DNA of 64,000 nt from Eledone cirrhosa (GCA_964016885.1 OZ024749.1:52452001-52516000), one strand, 5' to 3'; positions 35,301-51,052 are shown, counted from the stretch's first letter. Notes: generated from the sequence alone by a model not told the origin. Translations and numbers: made by a program.

Positions 35301-38300
35301 TATTTTGAACATTATCTTCAGAGTAGATTTGGTGCCTGAGCTATAAAATTTACCTGCCAAAATAATAGCTGTGTCTTTGAGACATATTCTCAGCTCGTAT
35401 GTGTGTGTGTGTGTGTGTGCAAGTACATGAGCGAATGAAAGAATGCCAGCATGTCTCCTCTACCACTAAAACAGAAGTGATGATGATGATGATGATGATG
35501 GTGACAACGATGGTGGTGGCAGTGATTAGAAATTAATAAAAGCCAATTTCTGTCTTACATTGCTGAAGCAATAATTAATAGCTAATGTAATTTCTCTCTC
35601 CAAGGAATTTACCATTTCCATCAGTGGCTGTCAATATGGATTAGAACTGAGAATATCTACTGGGTATCTGCTGCATTAAGACAAAGAAGGAGGAGGAGGA
35701 GGAAGACGAGAAGAAGAGAAAGGGTTGAGCAGTTAATTTTTCCAAGACCACTAAAGGTATTTTAGCAAAATGAGTCACTGCACTGCAGACTTTTACTGAA
35801 ATCCACCAGAAAACTATTTTCTCAGTCGTTAATGATGAAATAAAAAGACTTTGCACAATTTTAAGCCTGTGAATCTATTGATTTTGAGCTATAAGTACAA
35901 AAAAAAAAGTTTAATGGCTGAGAATGAAGTGAGAAAGTGAAAGAGAAAGAAAATAAGATGCTGTAATAATTTATCTGTCTTTTCCCAAAGGTATTAGTCA
36001 TGCTAGTGAAGTATTATCAATTAGTTTGAAACTAGGAATTAACTCTCGTGATAGAAACCAAATTGCCTGATGCCACCTCTGGTTCTATCATACACAAGAA
36101 TAACCATTTTAAAGTTAATATTTCTATTTTTAAAAAAATCCTTCCATCTTAATATTATGTAACTGCCCTTTTTTAAAGTTATGTTGGTGTTAGGAAGGGC
36201 ATCCAGCTGTAGAAACCAAGCCAGAATCAGCCCTATATAAGCGAAACACGGCCCTCCGACCTGATCTCTCCCAAAGAGACAGCCCGCCCTACCCATGCTA
36301 GCATGGAAAATGGACATTAAATGATGATGTTTCAAATACCATCTTAATAATTCTTTATAGTTTTTTTTCTAAGATAGGTACAAGACCAGCATTTTTATGG
36401 GAAGGAGACAGCCACAAGAGAGCACCATGTAAATTCTGCAAGCTTCATCAGAGACTCTCCATTAAGGAGGCCAATAACACTATATGTAGCACACTGACCA
36501 CACTATAAGTGGCACAGAAACAAATTTGTCTGACATTGGACTACAACAACTGATGAGACACACAACCCATACCAACATGATGATGGTGGTGACAACTATA
36601 TGATGATGGTAGTGGTGATGATGGATATGATGATGATGGTGGTGGTGGTGATGATGGTGATGATAAATAAAAATTACATACAAGAATTTGTTTATAAAGA
36701 AGGATTTGAAGAAAAGTGTTTATGAATAATTCATGTAATAAATTATGTTATATTTCTGTCATCCAGAAAAAAACCCAACTGGATTAGACATAGGGAAGGT
36801 ATTTTTAAGGTGCATAATTGTGTGTGTGATGAAGAGAGGTGCAGGGGAGTAAAATATGTCAAAAATGAATGAAAAAAAGAAAGCAAAAGCAGTAGAGAAA
36901 GAAAGAAAGGAGACAGATCGATAAAGAATGAGTGGAGTTGGTTTATTAACTTTATTAATCAGATTTTTTGGTAACATTCGTCAGAATGTTGCGAGGAAGA
37001 CACACATGTAAACCTCCAATTACTGAGTGTATTTTAGCTATAATCACTTCCTGACAAACAAACCCTCACCCTTGGGTGTTCAGCAGAATCAGCTTTGAGA
37101 AAGCTGCAGCTGGCCAGGGTTGTTAGGGAGAGAGAGAGAGAGAGAGAGAGTGTAAGCCAAGAAGGATCAACAGCTGACTACATTGCCAGTGGCATTGCAC
37201 CACATCAAAGCTTCTCTAAACCCTGGTGTGTTGCTGATATTTTCTCATTGGTGTTTTGTTACAGATTTTTTGTTACTCTTAATAAATCAGATACATATGT
37301 TTTTATATTTGGTATTTATCAAAACTTGGAGAGAGAGGGGGAGGGGTAGAGATAGGGGTATCGGTGAGAGAGAGGATAAGGGGGTAAAAGAGAGAGTTGG
37401 AGATAGGGATATGGGTGAGAGAGAAGGTGACGGTAAGAGAGAGAGTTACAGATAGGGGTATGGTGAGGGGTAAGAGAGTTTGAGATAGGGGTATGGGTGA
37501 GTGAGAGAAAAGAGAGAACAATAAATCTCTATGACATATAGGTTGCTATGCAAGATTTTTCAAAGGTCAAACATTTTAAAGAATTTCATAGAAATACTAC
37601 ACACAAAAGGTAGATTTAGTAAACTATATTTTTGTCTTCTTCTTCATCATCATTATCATCAACATAATATTTACTGTGCATTTACCTGCTAGCAATGGTT
37701 AGGTCATCAGACTGAATCAATACTTAGCTTAGAGTCACTGACCTCTCAGACATATATTCTAAAGAGTGTACTGGGTGTATTTTATTCTGGTACTAATACT
37801 AGGGGGGTTGCCATAAGTATTGTGGTCTTAACCAACAATGCAATTCTTTGACAGAAAAGTGAGACCACTGACTTGATAATGAGTTTGTCACAGGCATGTT
37901 TACAGGGAAAGAGGAAAGGGTTGATAGTGTAAAATTACACACACATGTACACTCCACCACACACCCCCTACTCCATCCTCCCACACCACCCATTCTCTGT
38001 AAAGTTATGTTGGTACCACAGAACATCCAGTCCACACTGTAAATGTGGTTGGCGTTAGGAAGGGCATCCAGCCAGAAACAGTTATATATGAGCGAGACAT
38101 GGTCACCCAACCAATCTTGCCTCAAGTGGGACAAACCCGTCTAACCCATGGTTAGTGTGGAAGATAGACGTTAAACGATGATTATGTATATCAAGTCTGA
38201 ACATAGAGAAACCAAACTCCCACTTTCATCACCTCCATCTTGCTCTCCCCATCCCTCACTATGCTGCATGGTGTTTGACACTTTACCAATACTGCCAGAT

Positions 38301-38689
38301 GAAGAATTTGGAGGGATTTATTAATATATATTCGAATATCTCATTTAGGCCAAAGTCGAGTAAATTTGGGAGAATTATAAAGTTGAATAAATCAACCTCA
38401 GTACTTTACTGGTACTTTATTTTATTGACCACCAAGAGATTGAAAAGCAAAGTTGACCTTGGAAGGACGTAAAGAGCCACCACAATGGCATTGTCTGACG
38501 CTCTACCAATTCTGCCAACCCACCACTTTATTAGTAATATAATCAACATCATTATTATTAAGCTGGTGTTTGAAAGGGAATCCAGTTGTAGGACCCATGC
38601 CAAATACAGAACAATATGAAAAAGACAGGGCTCTATAACCCATGTCAAACCTAGAACAATATGAGAAAGGTAGGCATCTAGCTCGGATA

Positions 38690-38912
38690 TTACAGACATG
38701 TGGTTAGAATGTCTGAGGAGAGATTCCCTGGACATAAATTACGGGCAAAACCAACCGGCAGGAGACCCAGAGTAAGTTGGTTGGATAACATCCATGAGCT
38801 TGACTGGTCTCACTTGGGGATCCAACCGGATCAGTTGGAACAGGTTGCTTCTGACAAGACCCGCTGGAAGGAGTGTTTGAGGACTCTGACCCCACGATCC
38901 TCTCATGAATAA
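38690..38912 (+). mobile_element. RTE-like LINE C-terminal fragment (smaller piece at about 28370-28450)
   Basis: HVVRMSEERFP..AKPTGRRPRVSWLDNI..VASDKTRWK matches the RTE tail pattern GHV.RM..R.P..GRPR..W.D..A.DR..W. Confidence 0.65.
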
Positions 38913-39515
38913 GTGGGCGTAGAAGAAGGGTTTCATATGGTTTGCCTTTTACATACAACGGAAGATATGAGAGCTATGTGAAAGGTTTCCCCATATTTTA
39001 CAAGCTACAACATAAGCAGCCGTGGGAGACTGAATATCATATAAAATAGTCTGTATGATTTATCGATCTAATAAATCGATGATAATCATGATGAGAAATT
39101 GTTAATATAAGAATGATTTCTAAAAAGAAATATCACAAAAAAACAAAAAACAAAAGCTAATTCACATATCGATATTGTACAATGTTTTTGTTTATACAGT
39201 AACTATCCAATCGCCGATAAATAATCAATGTAGTAATTTTGAAGTGAAATTAATTGAAAACAAGAATAACAACAAACAAATAAACTAAGTAAATTTAGCA
39301 ATAAAATCTTTTCTTTTTTTTTTTTTCAAATCAATCAAAAAAAAAAAAATTCAGATAAAAAATGGAAAGATGAAATATTTTGATGTCAACACCGTTTGGT
39401 GTCTAATATTAGATAGAAATATAGAATATATACAGCTTATTAAAATAGGTGAGACGAACAAATACATCTTATTTGATATAATTCAAGTTTAACCAGAAAT
39501 TCAATAAATACTTAC

Positions 39516-39600
39516 CCCAAAAAAACAAATGAAAACGATGACAGCCAAAAATAAAAGGTGAGAAAAATATTGAAAATGTGTTTTCTTTCCTTTAACATTG
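39516..39600 (-). other. Putative non-coding first exon of CWC15
   Basis: Strong donor GGG|GTAAGT (intron begins at 39515 on minus) just downstream of tandem ETS motifs. The first coding exon of CWC15 has an acceptor at 32489, so an upstream exon is required. Confidence 0.5.
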
Positions 39601-39623
39601 ACTTCCGGTTTATCACTTCCGGT
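39601..39623. promoter_or_regulatory. Tandem ETS/GABP-type sites (ACTTCCGGT x2), likely CWC15 housekeeping promoter
   Basis: acttccggt at 39601-39609 and 39615-39623 in repeat-free AT-rich DNA next to a splice donor. Confidence 0.6.
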
Positions 39624-39893
39624 GAAATATATCACACAAATATTTATGATTTAATTGTTAAAAAAAAGAAAAAAACAGTTGGAAAATAATTAATTGAATT
39701 AATTATTAGTAGTAAAAAATATAATCAAAATAAGAAAGAATTTATATTACGGTAAATCAAAGAATTAAAGTTAAGTTTAATACGAAAATTTCTAATGCCA
39801 ACTTTTCATGTTTCCTCACTCTCTCGTCTTAGTATATCACTTTCTCTATATTTATTTTTCTCTCTCTCCTCCTTCTCACCTTCTCCCTATCTA

Positions 39894-39935
<42 letters not shown>

Positions 39936-39980
39936 TATATTAATAAATTAATAACCTTTGCATATATATATATACATACA

Positions 39981-40102
<122 letters not shown>

Positions 40103-40229
40103 CACACACATATATATATATATATATATACAGGGTGGGCCCCAAAAGGTATACACACTTCAACAACATTCCAATAAATATTGCCTGTACAGGTAATCAA
40201 AGTATGTATGCATTTTTGGGGGGACACCC

Positions 40230-40309
<80 letters not shown>

Positions 40310-40921
40310 TGTTCTTGTTATAACAAGGATGCTGAGTCGCGACACGCATGAATGAAGGGGGTGGCACGACTGACTTATTTTTGTCCATCTTTCTATCTAT
40401 CTATCTACCCACCCTTTTCTCTCTCTTTCTCTCTCTATCCCTCTACCCACCTATCAGTAGCTATCTATCATATACTTATCACCCAATCAACCCTTTTCTA
40501 TTCTACTTACCCTAATCTTAGATTAATCGTTGATTTCTATCTATCTTTACACTTTCTAAAAATTCCTTCTCATTTTATCGACTTCCATTAAATCAATAAT
40601 TAAAAAAGAAAGCATTATCTCGTTTTCTCTTCTTAAAGTTATCAATCTACAATCTACTGACTTTCTTTCTAAATGTTTTTCTTTCTCTTAAAACGATGTT
40701 TACTCTTTCCTGATCAGTCTCTCTCTCAACAACAGCACACACTCTTCTCTCTCTCTCTCTCACAGTATATATCAATATATGTGTAGTAGAAAGTAACTAT
40801 ATGGATGCATTATACACCCACATTCATATAATATAGTGTATATACATATATATATTCTCTTTCTCTTTATATCTTTCTCCATCGATCTATCTCTGTCTAT
40901 CTACCTATCTATCTATCTACC

Positions 40922-40962
<41 letters not shown>

Positions 40963-41794
40963 TATCTATCTATCTGTCTCTATCTATCCATATCTCTCTC
41001 TCATCTATTAATCTATCTCTTCCTCTTCTAACATCTTAAATACCGTTCCTTTCCTCGTCTGCTGCTGGGGTTTTTTTTCTTTTCATTCTTCTACAAAATC
41101 CTTTTCCTTTCTCATTTCCTTTTTCTTTTAATCGCTGTTCATTTTTTTTATCCCTCTTCCTATCTTTTATTTCTCCAAGTTCCTTCCATCTCCTCTTCCT
41201 AGCCTTTCCATCTTTTTCTCCCTCATCGTTTTATTTTTTTTATAATTTCCTATATTTATCTTTCCTCCGCCTTCCCTTCCGTTCTCCCTCTCATTCCTCC
41301 CTTTATCTTTACTATCACTCTTTCTCTCCTCCCCTCCGGCTCTCCCTCTCATTCCTCCCCTTCCGCTCTCCCTCTATCTTTACTATCACCCTCTCTGACT
41401 CTCCTCCCCTTCCGCCCTCCCTCTATCTTTACTATCACCCTTTTTCTCTCTCCCCCCTCTATCGTTACTATAATCCTTTCCCTCTCTCTCCTCCCCTTCT
41501 TTCGCCCTCATTTCTCCCTCTATCATCCTTTCCCTCTTTCATCTCTCCGTCTTTCTCCCTCGTTCTCTCTCATCCTTCATTAACCTCCCCCCATCTTAAC
41601 TATCATCGTTTCCCTCCCCTTCCTCATACTGACTTCCTTTCTTATTCTACTGCTGTTCTTTTCCTCTTTTTTCCTTTTTCTCCCATTTTTCTTATTAATT
41701 TCTTCTTCTCTCTCTACTTTCAGGGCTTCCTTCTCTTCCCCCTCCTCCTACAATTCTTCCAGCCTCCTTTCTCAGAATTTCTAGGTTTCCCTCC

Positions 41795-41830
<36 letters not shown>

Positions 41831-42046
41831 ATCCTTCCTCTCATATCGCTGTTCTTTTATTTATTCTCTCTCTTTACCCTCGGTTCCCTCCTCTTTCTCT
41901 CTCTCCCCTTCTTCTCGCCTCCCTCCTCCACCCTAACAAATGTTGTTGTTATTTTGGTAACTCCATGGACGAGGAGGAAGACGAAGTCGACTGATGCTGG
42001 CTGGTTTGGTTGGTGGTGCCGACCCCAACAACAACAACTACAACAA

Positions 42047-42078
<32 letters not shown>

Positions 42079-42302
42079 TCATAACACACATGCACCGCAC
42101 ACTACACCATCACAAATCGTACACATACACACACATACATACATATATATATACACACACACATAAGTCTTAAGTCAAACTGACTGATAAAACACAACAA
42201 CAACCATTTATACATTGTTATAAACTGCCGTAATTATAACATTATATCATCATATAAATATATACACTATACTATATATATATACATATATATATATACA
42301 AC

Positions 42303-42423
42303 ATGCCGTCTTCCACGATTGTCCTGTTAACTGTCCTATTGATTATGGCTTCTGAATGGTTTTACCTTGTGGATTCCCACCTCAGTCTCTACATGGACTC
42401 AGAGGAGACTTACAAACTGCTTG
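42303..42423 (+). CDS. RYK: First coding exon of a RYK/Derailed-like WIF-domain receptor tyrosine kinase (partial; later exons not found in the window)
   Basis: Signal peptide [25 protein letters not shown], then [16 protein letters not shown], which resembles the WIF-domain start of RYK/Derailed (HLNIFLNLHEVLRLIG, SLYLSEDEVRRLIG). It ends at a phase-1 donor G|GTAAGT. Confidence 0.72.
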
Positions 42424-42550
42424 GTAAGTCTATATATTTATATAGAGAGATATATCTTCAAATCTATCTATCTGTACGTGTGTACGTACATATCTTTATA
42501 TATATATATATATATGTGTGTGTGTTTGTGTGTTAAACAAGTATACAAAA

Positions 42551-42586
<36 letters not shown>

Positions 42587-42716
42587 TTGTATACTTCTGT
42601 TCAACACACACACACATATATATATACATAGATATATACGTACACACATATATCTGTAGATCTATGTACGTGTGTATGTATATATATATATATATATATA
42701 CATCTATATATGTTTG

Positions 42717-42753
<37 letters not shown>

Positions 42754-43002
42754 ATGCAACTAACTGTAAGGTGCGTGTTTATGTGTGTCTGAAAGAATGA
42801 AGTTTGTTTTAAATAAAAAAAAAAAAAAGATCGCAATTGAAGGAACTTAAAAAACAAAACAAAACTCCGAAGAGAAATGATATTTGCAAAACAAAATTCT
42901 ACTTTCACAGTTTCAGCCATCTAGCTATGTATTTTATATTTTATATATGGATTTCTAATGTATTTATTTAACCAGTTCGTATTCTTATACTTGTCTGCGG
43001 GT

Positions 43003-43044
<42 letters not shown>

Positions 43045-43144
43045 GTCTATATATATGTGTGTATGTCTAAATATGTCTTTCTGTGGATATATGTATATAT
43101 CTCTCTCCAGAAAAAATACAAAACTTCATATATATATATATATA

Positions 43145-43265
43145 GGGATTTCCTGATGATTTCCTTCGAATGAAACAGTTCTAGTCCTGTAGAAGCCATT
43201 TCTATATTAAATTCTGTATTGAGTACCTTGCTTACTGTGGTTACCCTCGATTCGAACCCAGGACT
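43145..43265 (+). mobile_element. Small hammerhead-bearing element, family B, second copy (HHR at 43148-43196)
   Basis: ttc CTGATGA tttccttcgaat GAAA CAG ttctagtc CTG TA gaagc ... TATTGAGTAC cttgcttactgtggttacc, homologous to 12860-12994. Confidence 0.75.
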
Positions 43266-43352
43266 CGCACACACATGTATAGATATATTTGTTTATTTAT
43301 ACATACACATCAACATGCATTTCGTACTATATACATTCACACACACACACCT

Positions 43353-43411
<59 letters not shown>

Positions 43412-43414
<3 letters not shown>

Positions 43415-43596
43415 CGAAGGAAATGTGGTAAGGAACCAGATGGACCATAACGCACCAAAGTACTCAATACTTAGGGTAGTAGAGTGGGTAATAGAAACAA
43501 GTATGACCCGACGGCAGAGCTCAAGCCGTTTCGAGCGTCCAGAATTAGCCGTCGAAACGGCTTGAGCTCTGCCGTCGGGGTCATACTTGTTCCTAT
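43412..43596 (-). mobile_element. Hairpin element family A
   Basis: Same tail and inverted repeat as 1369-1568, with copy-specific variants present on both arms. Confidence 0.8.
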
Positions 43597-44222
43597 ATAT
43601 ATAAACACGTGTATGTGTGTATCTTTAATGAAATCTGTATCAATACCGACAGAACACCCTCATTAGAAGCCCTTAACGAAAAGGACGGACACTATTAATA
43701 ATTATAATACTAATTCTCTCTGTATTGGCCACAAGGCCCTACATATAGGGGACAATACTAAAAGACTATAATATATTTTCTGGGGGTTGTAATAATAATA
43801 ATAACTATAACATGTTTTGCCACATTGTCGATGGACGAGAAGGGGTACAGTCGTATCTATCATCTACACACATGTGTATATTTATCTACCACATGTGTAT
43901 AGTGTGTTTTTGTCATTTGGTAGGGGTTCTTCTCCTTCTTCTCTAAATTACTTCTTGATGATATAATAAACAACATAACAATAATAATAATGTGGAAGGA
44001 GGAAGGTCTGTAAAGAAACATGAAATCAACATGACAAACCGTCCTTCCCGGAACATCAAAACATGCAACAAACAAGGTAGGAAGGAAGGAAGAAGATTTT
44101 TCTGTCCATCAAGAAATGAAATTAGAACTGAACAAGCTTGCCTAGTTCTATCGTCTGTATGTGTGTATATATATAGTGTGTGTGTATGTATACACACACT
44201 CACTCACTCACTCTCTCTCTCT

Positions 44223-44262
<40 letters not shown>

Positions 44263-44391
44263 GGTGTGTGTGAAATTTCGAAGTTACTGTCACCTTTTTT
44301 CTTCAGAAACATTATACCTTTCACACTGCTCTTATGTATTGAGTGCACCATATAATTAATCGTATACAAGTATTTGAAATATTCAATTCAG

Positions 44392-44423
<32 letters not shown>

Positions 44424-46779
44424 CACACACACATACACACAATTATTCTTCATCGTTTTTATGTCCCTAATTCCATGTTGGCATGGGTTAGACGTAATGT
44501 TTTGAGGCAATGTTTTACAGTCAGGTACCCTTCCTGATGCCAACCATTTTTGTCGCCTATTCTTACGACACTCAAGGATACGATGTACCTTGTCTAAAAA
44601 CTAGGATATACATGTCATACACACACACACACAGATATGCATATGCTCTCACAAATATATACATATATGTATACACACACACACTACACGTGTGTGTGTG
44701 TGTGTGTCGCTTTAACTTAATACCCTTCTATCTAGTCATCTATTTGTCTGTCTTCCATATCTATTTAGCCATCTGACTGGTCTTCTTTCTCTCTAGCTAT
44801 CTACCCTTTGTATTTGTCCCCTTCTTTTGTGCCCCTGTGGCTAGTAAAGAAACATATCTATCTACTTTACCATGTGTATCTTCACTATTTCACTATGTCT
44901 ACGTACACCGACACACATCCTCTCACACAGTGCGTATATGTCGCCTCCACCCATCTATCCACGAGTCTGTATTATCTAAAATACCATCGGCTATTAATTT
45001 TACTGTCTTCGATATATTCATTATTGGCGAACGTGTGTTTGTGTGTGAATAAATGTCATCTGAAGTTGGTATTTACGATATCTTTCTTCTCTCCTCCTCT
45101 CCTCACATCTATCCCACCTACTCCTCACCCCGTTACCACCCGTTTGTACGAAATAACACCACCATCAAGTCTGGAACTTCCCTCCTCTCCATCCCATCAT
45201 TTTTTTTTTTATTAAAATATTTATTTTTGGTACACGATCTTACTTATATCTCTTCTTATCATCTGTAGTACATCCATGGAACTGTTCAGTTCGGGAAAGG
45301 TGAATCTGATTGATTCTTACAGTACACATAAACACACAGACACACACACAGATACACACTCACACACATGCATACAGATACACACACTTAAGAATAAGTA
45401 CAACAGCAACACACGTTTTGCACGTGTGTGCACTTACACACAACACAACACACGACTCTGTAGAAATGTTCTAAACCAAATAAAACCCTATTATTAATTG
45501 AGATAATACATAATTAATACTACTACTAATAATAGTAGTAATTTATTAGGACATATCTTTGAAAGGAGTATAATCGATTGTAAGTTGACCTCAATAGTTG
45601 ACTAGTTTAATGGAACTCGAACGACGAAAGTTGACTTCTGTCGCTTTTCAGCACACAACCTAAAGGGACGTAACTAAATACCACAAGGTGGGGGGGGGGT
45701 GAGTTATGAGTGACGGGGGGTGACTGATCTACTGAGTCATCGTCCTTATTTTGACAGTACTAATAATTGTTTCTACTTTTGGCACAAAGCCAGCAATTAT
45801 CCCAGTGTATTACTGGTACTTTATTTTAATGATAATGTTTTTGACATAGTCACTAGAGTATAGTCGATTGTATTGTCGTCTCTATTTCACTGCGACTTTA
45901 TTTTATTGACCGTCGATACAAGGTCTCCGGCACTCTACTGCTTGTCTTTGTATCTCGGTTTTCTAGAAATAGCAGTCAAAACGTCCTCAAATATACCTTA
46001 CCTGGGGTGGGGAGCTATCCCAAAGAAAGGCCACTGGACTGATTGACATGTAGTCACCCACAAACACATTCTAGCCTCTTGTCAAGTCCACAAGCAGGTC
46101 CTCTCTCGTCTCTATCACTTCTTGGAGCCGTCTGGTCTTATGTTACCGCCTGTTAAAACATGCTTCACTCAACTTGTCCCTCATCTTCGATAGTGTCCGG
46201 ACCCCCTTCCCCATTCTTTCTGACCATACACTAGTCACTACATGCCCAGTACTTCCTTTTTCCTCACACCACTGTCCACTGTCCAGCTGGTGTCTATATA
46301 AATTACAGAAAAACCTAGTTTTGTGTTAAAGCACCTGTCAAGCAGTTTGACAAGTGTTTTGGTAGGAAACTCGAGGTCCTTGGGTCATTTAGTAGCTTCA
46401 TTGCTATACATTATCTCTGTCTCTCTCCTTCTCTCTCTCTCTATCTATCTATCTAATATATATTTTTATGTTTGGTAGTGTCGTTAGAGTGCCTGACATA
46501 TTAATACCTTGCGGTATTTTATTACGTCTCTCTACATCCCTGTTGAGGTTAACTTTGCCTTTTGTCTCTCCGGGGTTGATAAAATAAAGTACCTGTCTAG
46601 CATCCTGGTCAATGTAATCCCACCTCACCCCACCACCATGTTGGCCGGGTGCCTGACTAAAAAATCGTTAATTAAGGTCTGGAAGAAAAGCTAGTGTTCC
46701 AGGCCTTCAGACCCCTCCCTCCCCCTGGGACCAGGGAGATTGGTGTCGTTAATGTTCCGTCTAAACTGTTGTATATCAA

Positions 46780-47090
46780 CAACTGTAGGAAGGACAAGGA
46801 AGGACTTTCGAAAGAAGGACTTGGTATAATGGCTGATGAGACAGTCCCTGAAGGACTGAATATTTATGCATAAGTAATGAGAGGTGAGTGAAGAAAAGTG
46901 GTTTTTGGGGTGGTGCCTGACCAGCCAGTTCTAAGGAGCAGAGGTCATTGTATTTGTGAGAGAGATGATAGTATGTCTTTGGGTCAATAATTGAAGCCTG
47001 TGTTGTCATTGACTTTATATCAAGTAGTTGAGTAGCCTTTCTTTGGGTGATGTCTAGAATGTTTCTGTATGTTTAGAAACAGCATTTCCT
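46780..47090 (-). mobile_element. Degenerate CR1/L2-type LINE 3' fragment
   Basis: Fragments ILDITQRKATQLL and HYTKSFFRK resemble CR1/L2 C-terminal motifs. Multiple frameshifts. Confidence 0.4.
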
Positions 47091-48077
47091 CCCACATGAG
47101 AGCAGCTTTCATTTGTAGGTCACACTTTGAGCTTTTGTTTTAAAAAAAGGTGTAAAGTCTGTCTCGAACCCGGAGGCTCATCAGCACAATGTTAAACAAC
47201 TGAGAGTGCAATACTCCTTCCCCCTGAACATGTCGTCAGTCCATCGCAGTGTTAACACACCCCCACAACTATTACTGGTACTCATTTTCGGCTGAGTTGA
47301 CTGAAGCAACGTAAAATGAAGAGTTTTTTCTCGAGAACACAATACACACAACACAACCCAGTCCAGGAATCGAACCGACGAAATTATGATCGTAAGTCCA
47401 ACATCCTTACCACTGGGCCACGTTTGTAGGTGATCAGTAATTGCTCGCTGTCGATTTGACTCTTGATTCCAGTTATATACTGGGGGAAGGGGGTTGTTTC
47501 AACTTCCTTATAGCACTTGTTGGAGGACAAAAACTGCTTTTTTGTCAACCCCACCAAAAAAGAACTTGAAGATGGGGGGGGGGGGTATATCTATCACCCC
47601 CAGAGTGATCTTACAGCACAATCACTCACAATCTCCTGTATTTCTGTCCCCTCCTGTAGGTGTATATATATATATATGCACAAAATGACATACCCAGATT
47701 CAGACCCTCCTCCTTTTCACACAATTACTAACATATGTGCCACCCCAGTTCTCTTTCAAGTCCCCCCTATATATATATATATATATATGTATACATATGT
47801 GTGTGTGTGTGTGCGTATAATGCAGTTGAACATGTTCAGTTTCACAGTTTGAATTTCAATATACACAAATGCACATACCTCTAACACAGACACACAATTG
47901 CACTTGTGCACACACACAAATACCTCTAACACAGACACACAATTGCACACACACACAAATACCTCTAACACAGACACACACACACATTCTCACAAGTGCA
48001 CACAAACACACATACTTCTAACATTTATAAATAACCTATGGTTGTGTCGATTCTGAATTTACTGTCAAACAAAATAT

Positions 48078-48174
<97 letters not shown>

Positions 48175-48711
48175 ACACATACAAACATACACCCAGAATA
48201 TTTCTTAATATTGTCCTAATGTATTCTTTTAATTCAGTCCTACACCTGTAGTTAGTTATTAACTTTGACATTTACAGATAGATAGGTAGATATGATGGAG
48301 AGATAGACAGATGGATATAGAGCTGGATAGATAGAAATATGGATGGAGAGATAGCTAAATAGATAGATAGATATATGGATGGAGAGATAGCTAAATAGAT
48401 AGATAGATATATGGATGGAGAGATAGATAGGTGGCGAAATAGATGGATGTAGAGCTAGATGGCTGGATAGAGACATAGGTACGCCCTTATTACAAAATAA
48501 CATGATAGAAATTAGCTTTATTTTTAACACACCCTTTACAGAAGACCCAGTTTAGCTTAGTTTACAAGGGACTGGGGTAGGGATTTTTATAAGTTCGTAC
48601 ACATACCAGTAGACGTGTGAAATACACACACACAGACATACACAAACACTTCTTAAACTACTCTCACCGTACATATACACACATCTACCATGTACACAAA
48701 AACACCATGCA

Positions 48712-48766
<55 letters not shown>

Positions 48767-49004
48767 CAGGGTGTCCCAAAAAGATGTATTCACACAGTTA
48801 TTAGGATGAAAAATGTATACATATTTATATATACACCCTGTGTGTATATATATATATATATATGTATATCTGTACATATGGCTTCAATAAACCTGTGGAA
48901 AAAGAAAAAAAAACTTGATTGCGTATTTGCAATGTATGTCTTCTGGTTGGAAGGGATAGACACAGCGTTCCCACAGAAGGAGAAGAAAAAAGTATTTCGT
49001 GAGA

Positions 49005-49052
<48 letters not shown>

Positions 49053-49084
49053 ATGTGTGTGTATGTGTGGATGAATGTGTTAAT

Positions 49085-49585
49085 GTACAGTGGTGGTGTG
49101 TTGTGTTTAATCCTGTACAGTGATGGTGGTGGTGGTGGCGTGTGTTAACCCTGTACAGTGATGGTGGTGGTGGTGGCGTGTGTTAACCCTGTACAGTGAT
49201 GGTGGTGGTGGTGGTGGCGTGTGTTAACCCTGTACAGTGGTGGTGGTGGTGGTGGCGTGTGTTAACCCTGTACAGTGATGGTGGTGGTGGTGGCGTGTGT
49301 TAACCCTGTACAGTGATGGTGGTGGTGGTGGCGTGTGTTAATCCTGTACAGTGATGGTGGTGGTGTGTGTTAACCCTGTACAGTGATGGTGGTGGTGGCG
49401 TGTGTTAACCTTGTACAGTGATGGTGGTGGTGGCGTGTGTTAACCCTGTACAGTGATGGTGGTGGTGGTGGCGTGTGTTAACCCTGTACAGTGATGGTGG
49501 TGCCGTGGTGTGTGTTAACCCTGTACAGTGATGGTGGTGGTGGCGTGTGTTAACCCTGTACAGTGATGGTGGTGCCGTGGTGTGT
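49085..49585. repeat. About 35-41-bp minisatellite
   Basis: gtgtgttaaccctgtacagtga(tgg)n-c repeated about 13 times. Confidence 0.9.
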
Positions 49586-50078
49586 ATTAAGGGAGAAGAA
49601 TCACTTTATTTCTCGAACCAACAATGTCTTCTTCCTCCCTTTCTTTGACAAAGATGGAGTCCCTCTCTTCACAAACACACTCACATATACACTCACTAAC
49701 ACATGTGTGTATACCCACTAGCAGACGGGTGTTTTCTCTACACCGAACATGCCGATATTTCTCAATGAACTTTCCACACGTTTTGTTTGTTGCTTTTTGG
49801 GAGGTGAGTGGGGTGAGTAGAATCTCTCTCAATCCTCCACTCGCCCCCCCCCCCCACTCCCTCTCTCCCCTCTCAATCCCCCCTCTCTCTCTATCTCTCT
49901 CAGCCCCCCCCCCCCCTCACTCTCTCTACCCCCTCTCAACCCTCCACCACTACATTCAACATCATCTCTACGTTTATTCTTAACACAAGCCTGTTTATTT
50001 TTAACATACCTAATGTATATAGTTTGGAAATGGGGTGTTATGAAAATTGTGTACCTTCTAGCAAGCTATCTATCTATC

Positions 50079-50111
<33 letters not shown>

Positions 50112-50132
50112 CTATTTTAAAGTGTGTACGTT

Positions 50133-50290
50133 CTACCCACCTATACCTAGCCATCTACCCACCTATACCTAGCCATCTACCCACCTATACCTAGCCATCT
50201 ACCCACCTATACCTAGCCATCTACCCACCTATACCTAGCCATCTACCCACCTATACCTAGCCATCTACCCATCTATACTTAGCCATCCAT
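50133..50290. repeat. 22-bp tandem repeat
   Basis: ctacccacctatacctagccat, about 7 copies. Confidence 0.9.
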
Positions 50291-50303
50291 CCATCTATCT
50301 ATC

Positions 50304-50346
<43 letters not shown>

Positions 50347-51052
50347 CTATTATATACCAAAATTTGCACTATTTTATTCTCATATATAGGTTTGTTTCAT
50401 TCTCTCATCTCGTCTCTCTCTCTCCCTATCTCTCTCTCTCTCTCACACAATCTATCGATCGATCTATCTATATATCGATCTATTTTGTAAAACTTCATCT
50501 CTTTAGATAGATATCCATGTGTCCCATAAGTCTTTTACAGATATCAGAACACAGCTCAGTTCTGCCTTACTCTGATGGTACAAGTCTATAGAAAACCACT
50601 CAATCTTAATAAATAACTGTTTGGTCGACCATACAAATGTATATACGAATGTATATACATCTGTAAAATATAGCTATTGCTTTAAATATCACACAGCACA
50701 CACATTCATACTCTGACATACTCATACACACATGCATACACTCACATACACATATACATAGATATATAACAACAATTTGATACCGTATCTATGCCCAGCA
50801 TGAAGCTTATTCTTCTTTCACTAACTAAACCAGCTTCATAGGCTAGGTAAACCCCCCCCCCCCATATATATATATATATACACACACATATATATATACA
50901 CACACATCAACATACTATTCTTGTTCACTAACCACTACTACTATTACTACCACTAAGTACTAGTAGTAGTAAGTAAACGGACTACTATATATATATACAC
51001 ACATATATATATATACATATACACACACACATATTTATATATATATATATAT

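Noticed and set aside
49085-49585. Interstitial telomeric repeat
   Set aside because: There is only a single TAACCC per longer minisatellite unit, not tandem (TTAGGG)n.
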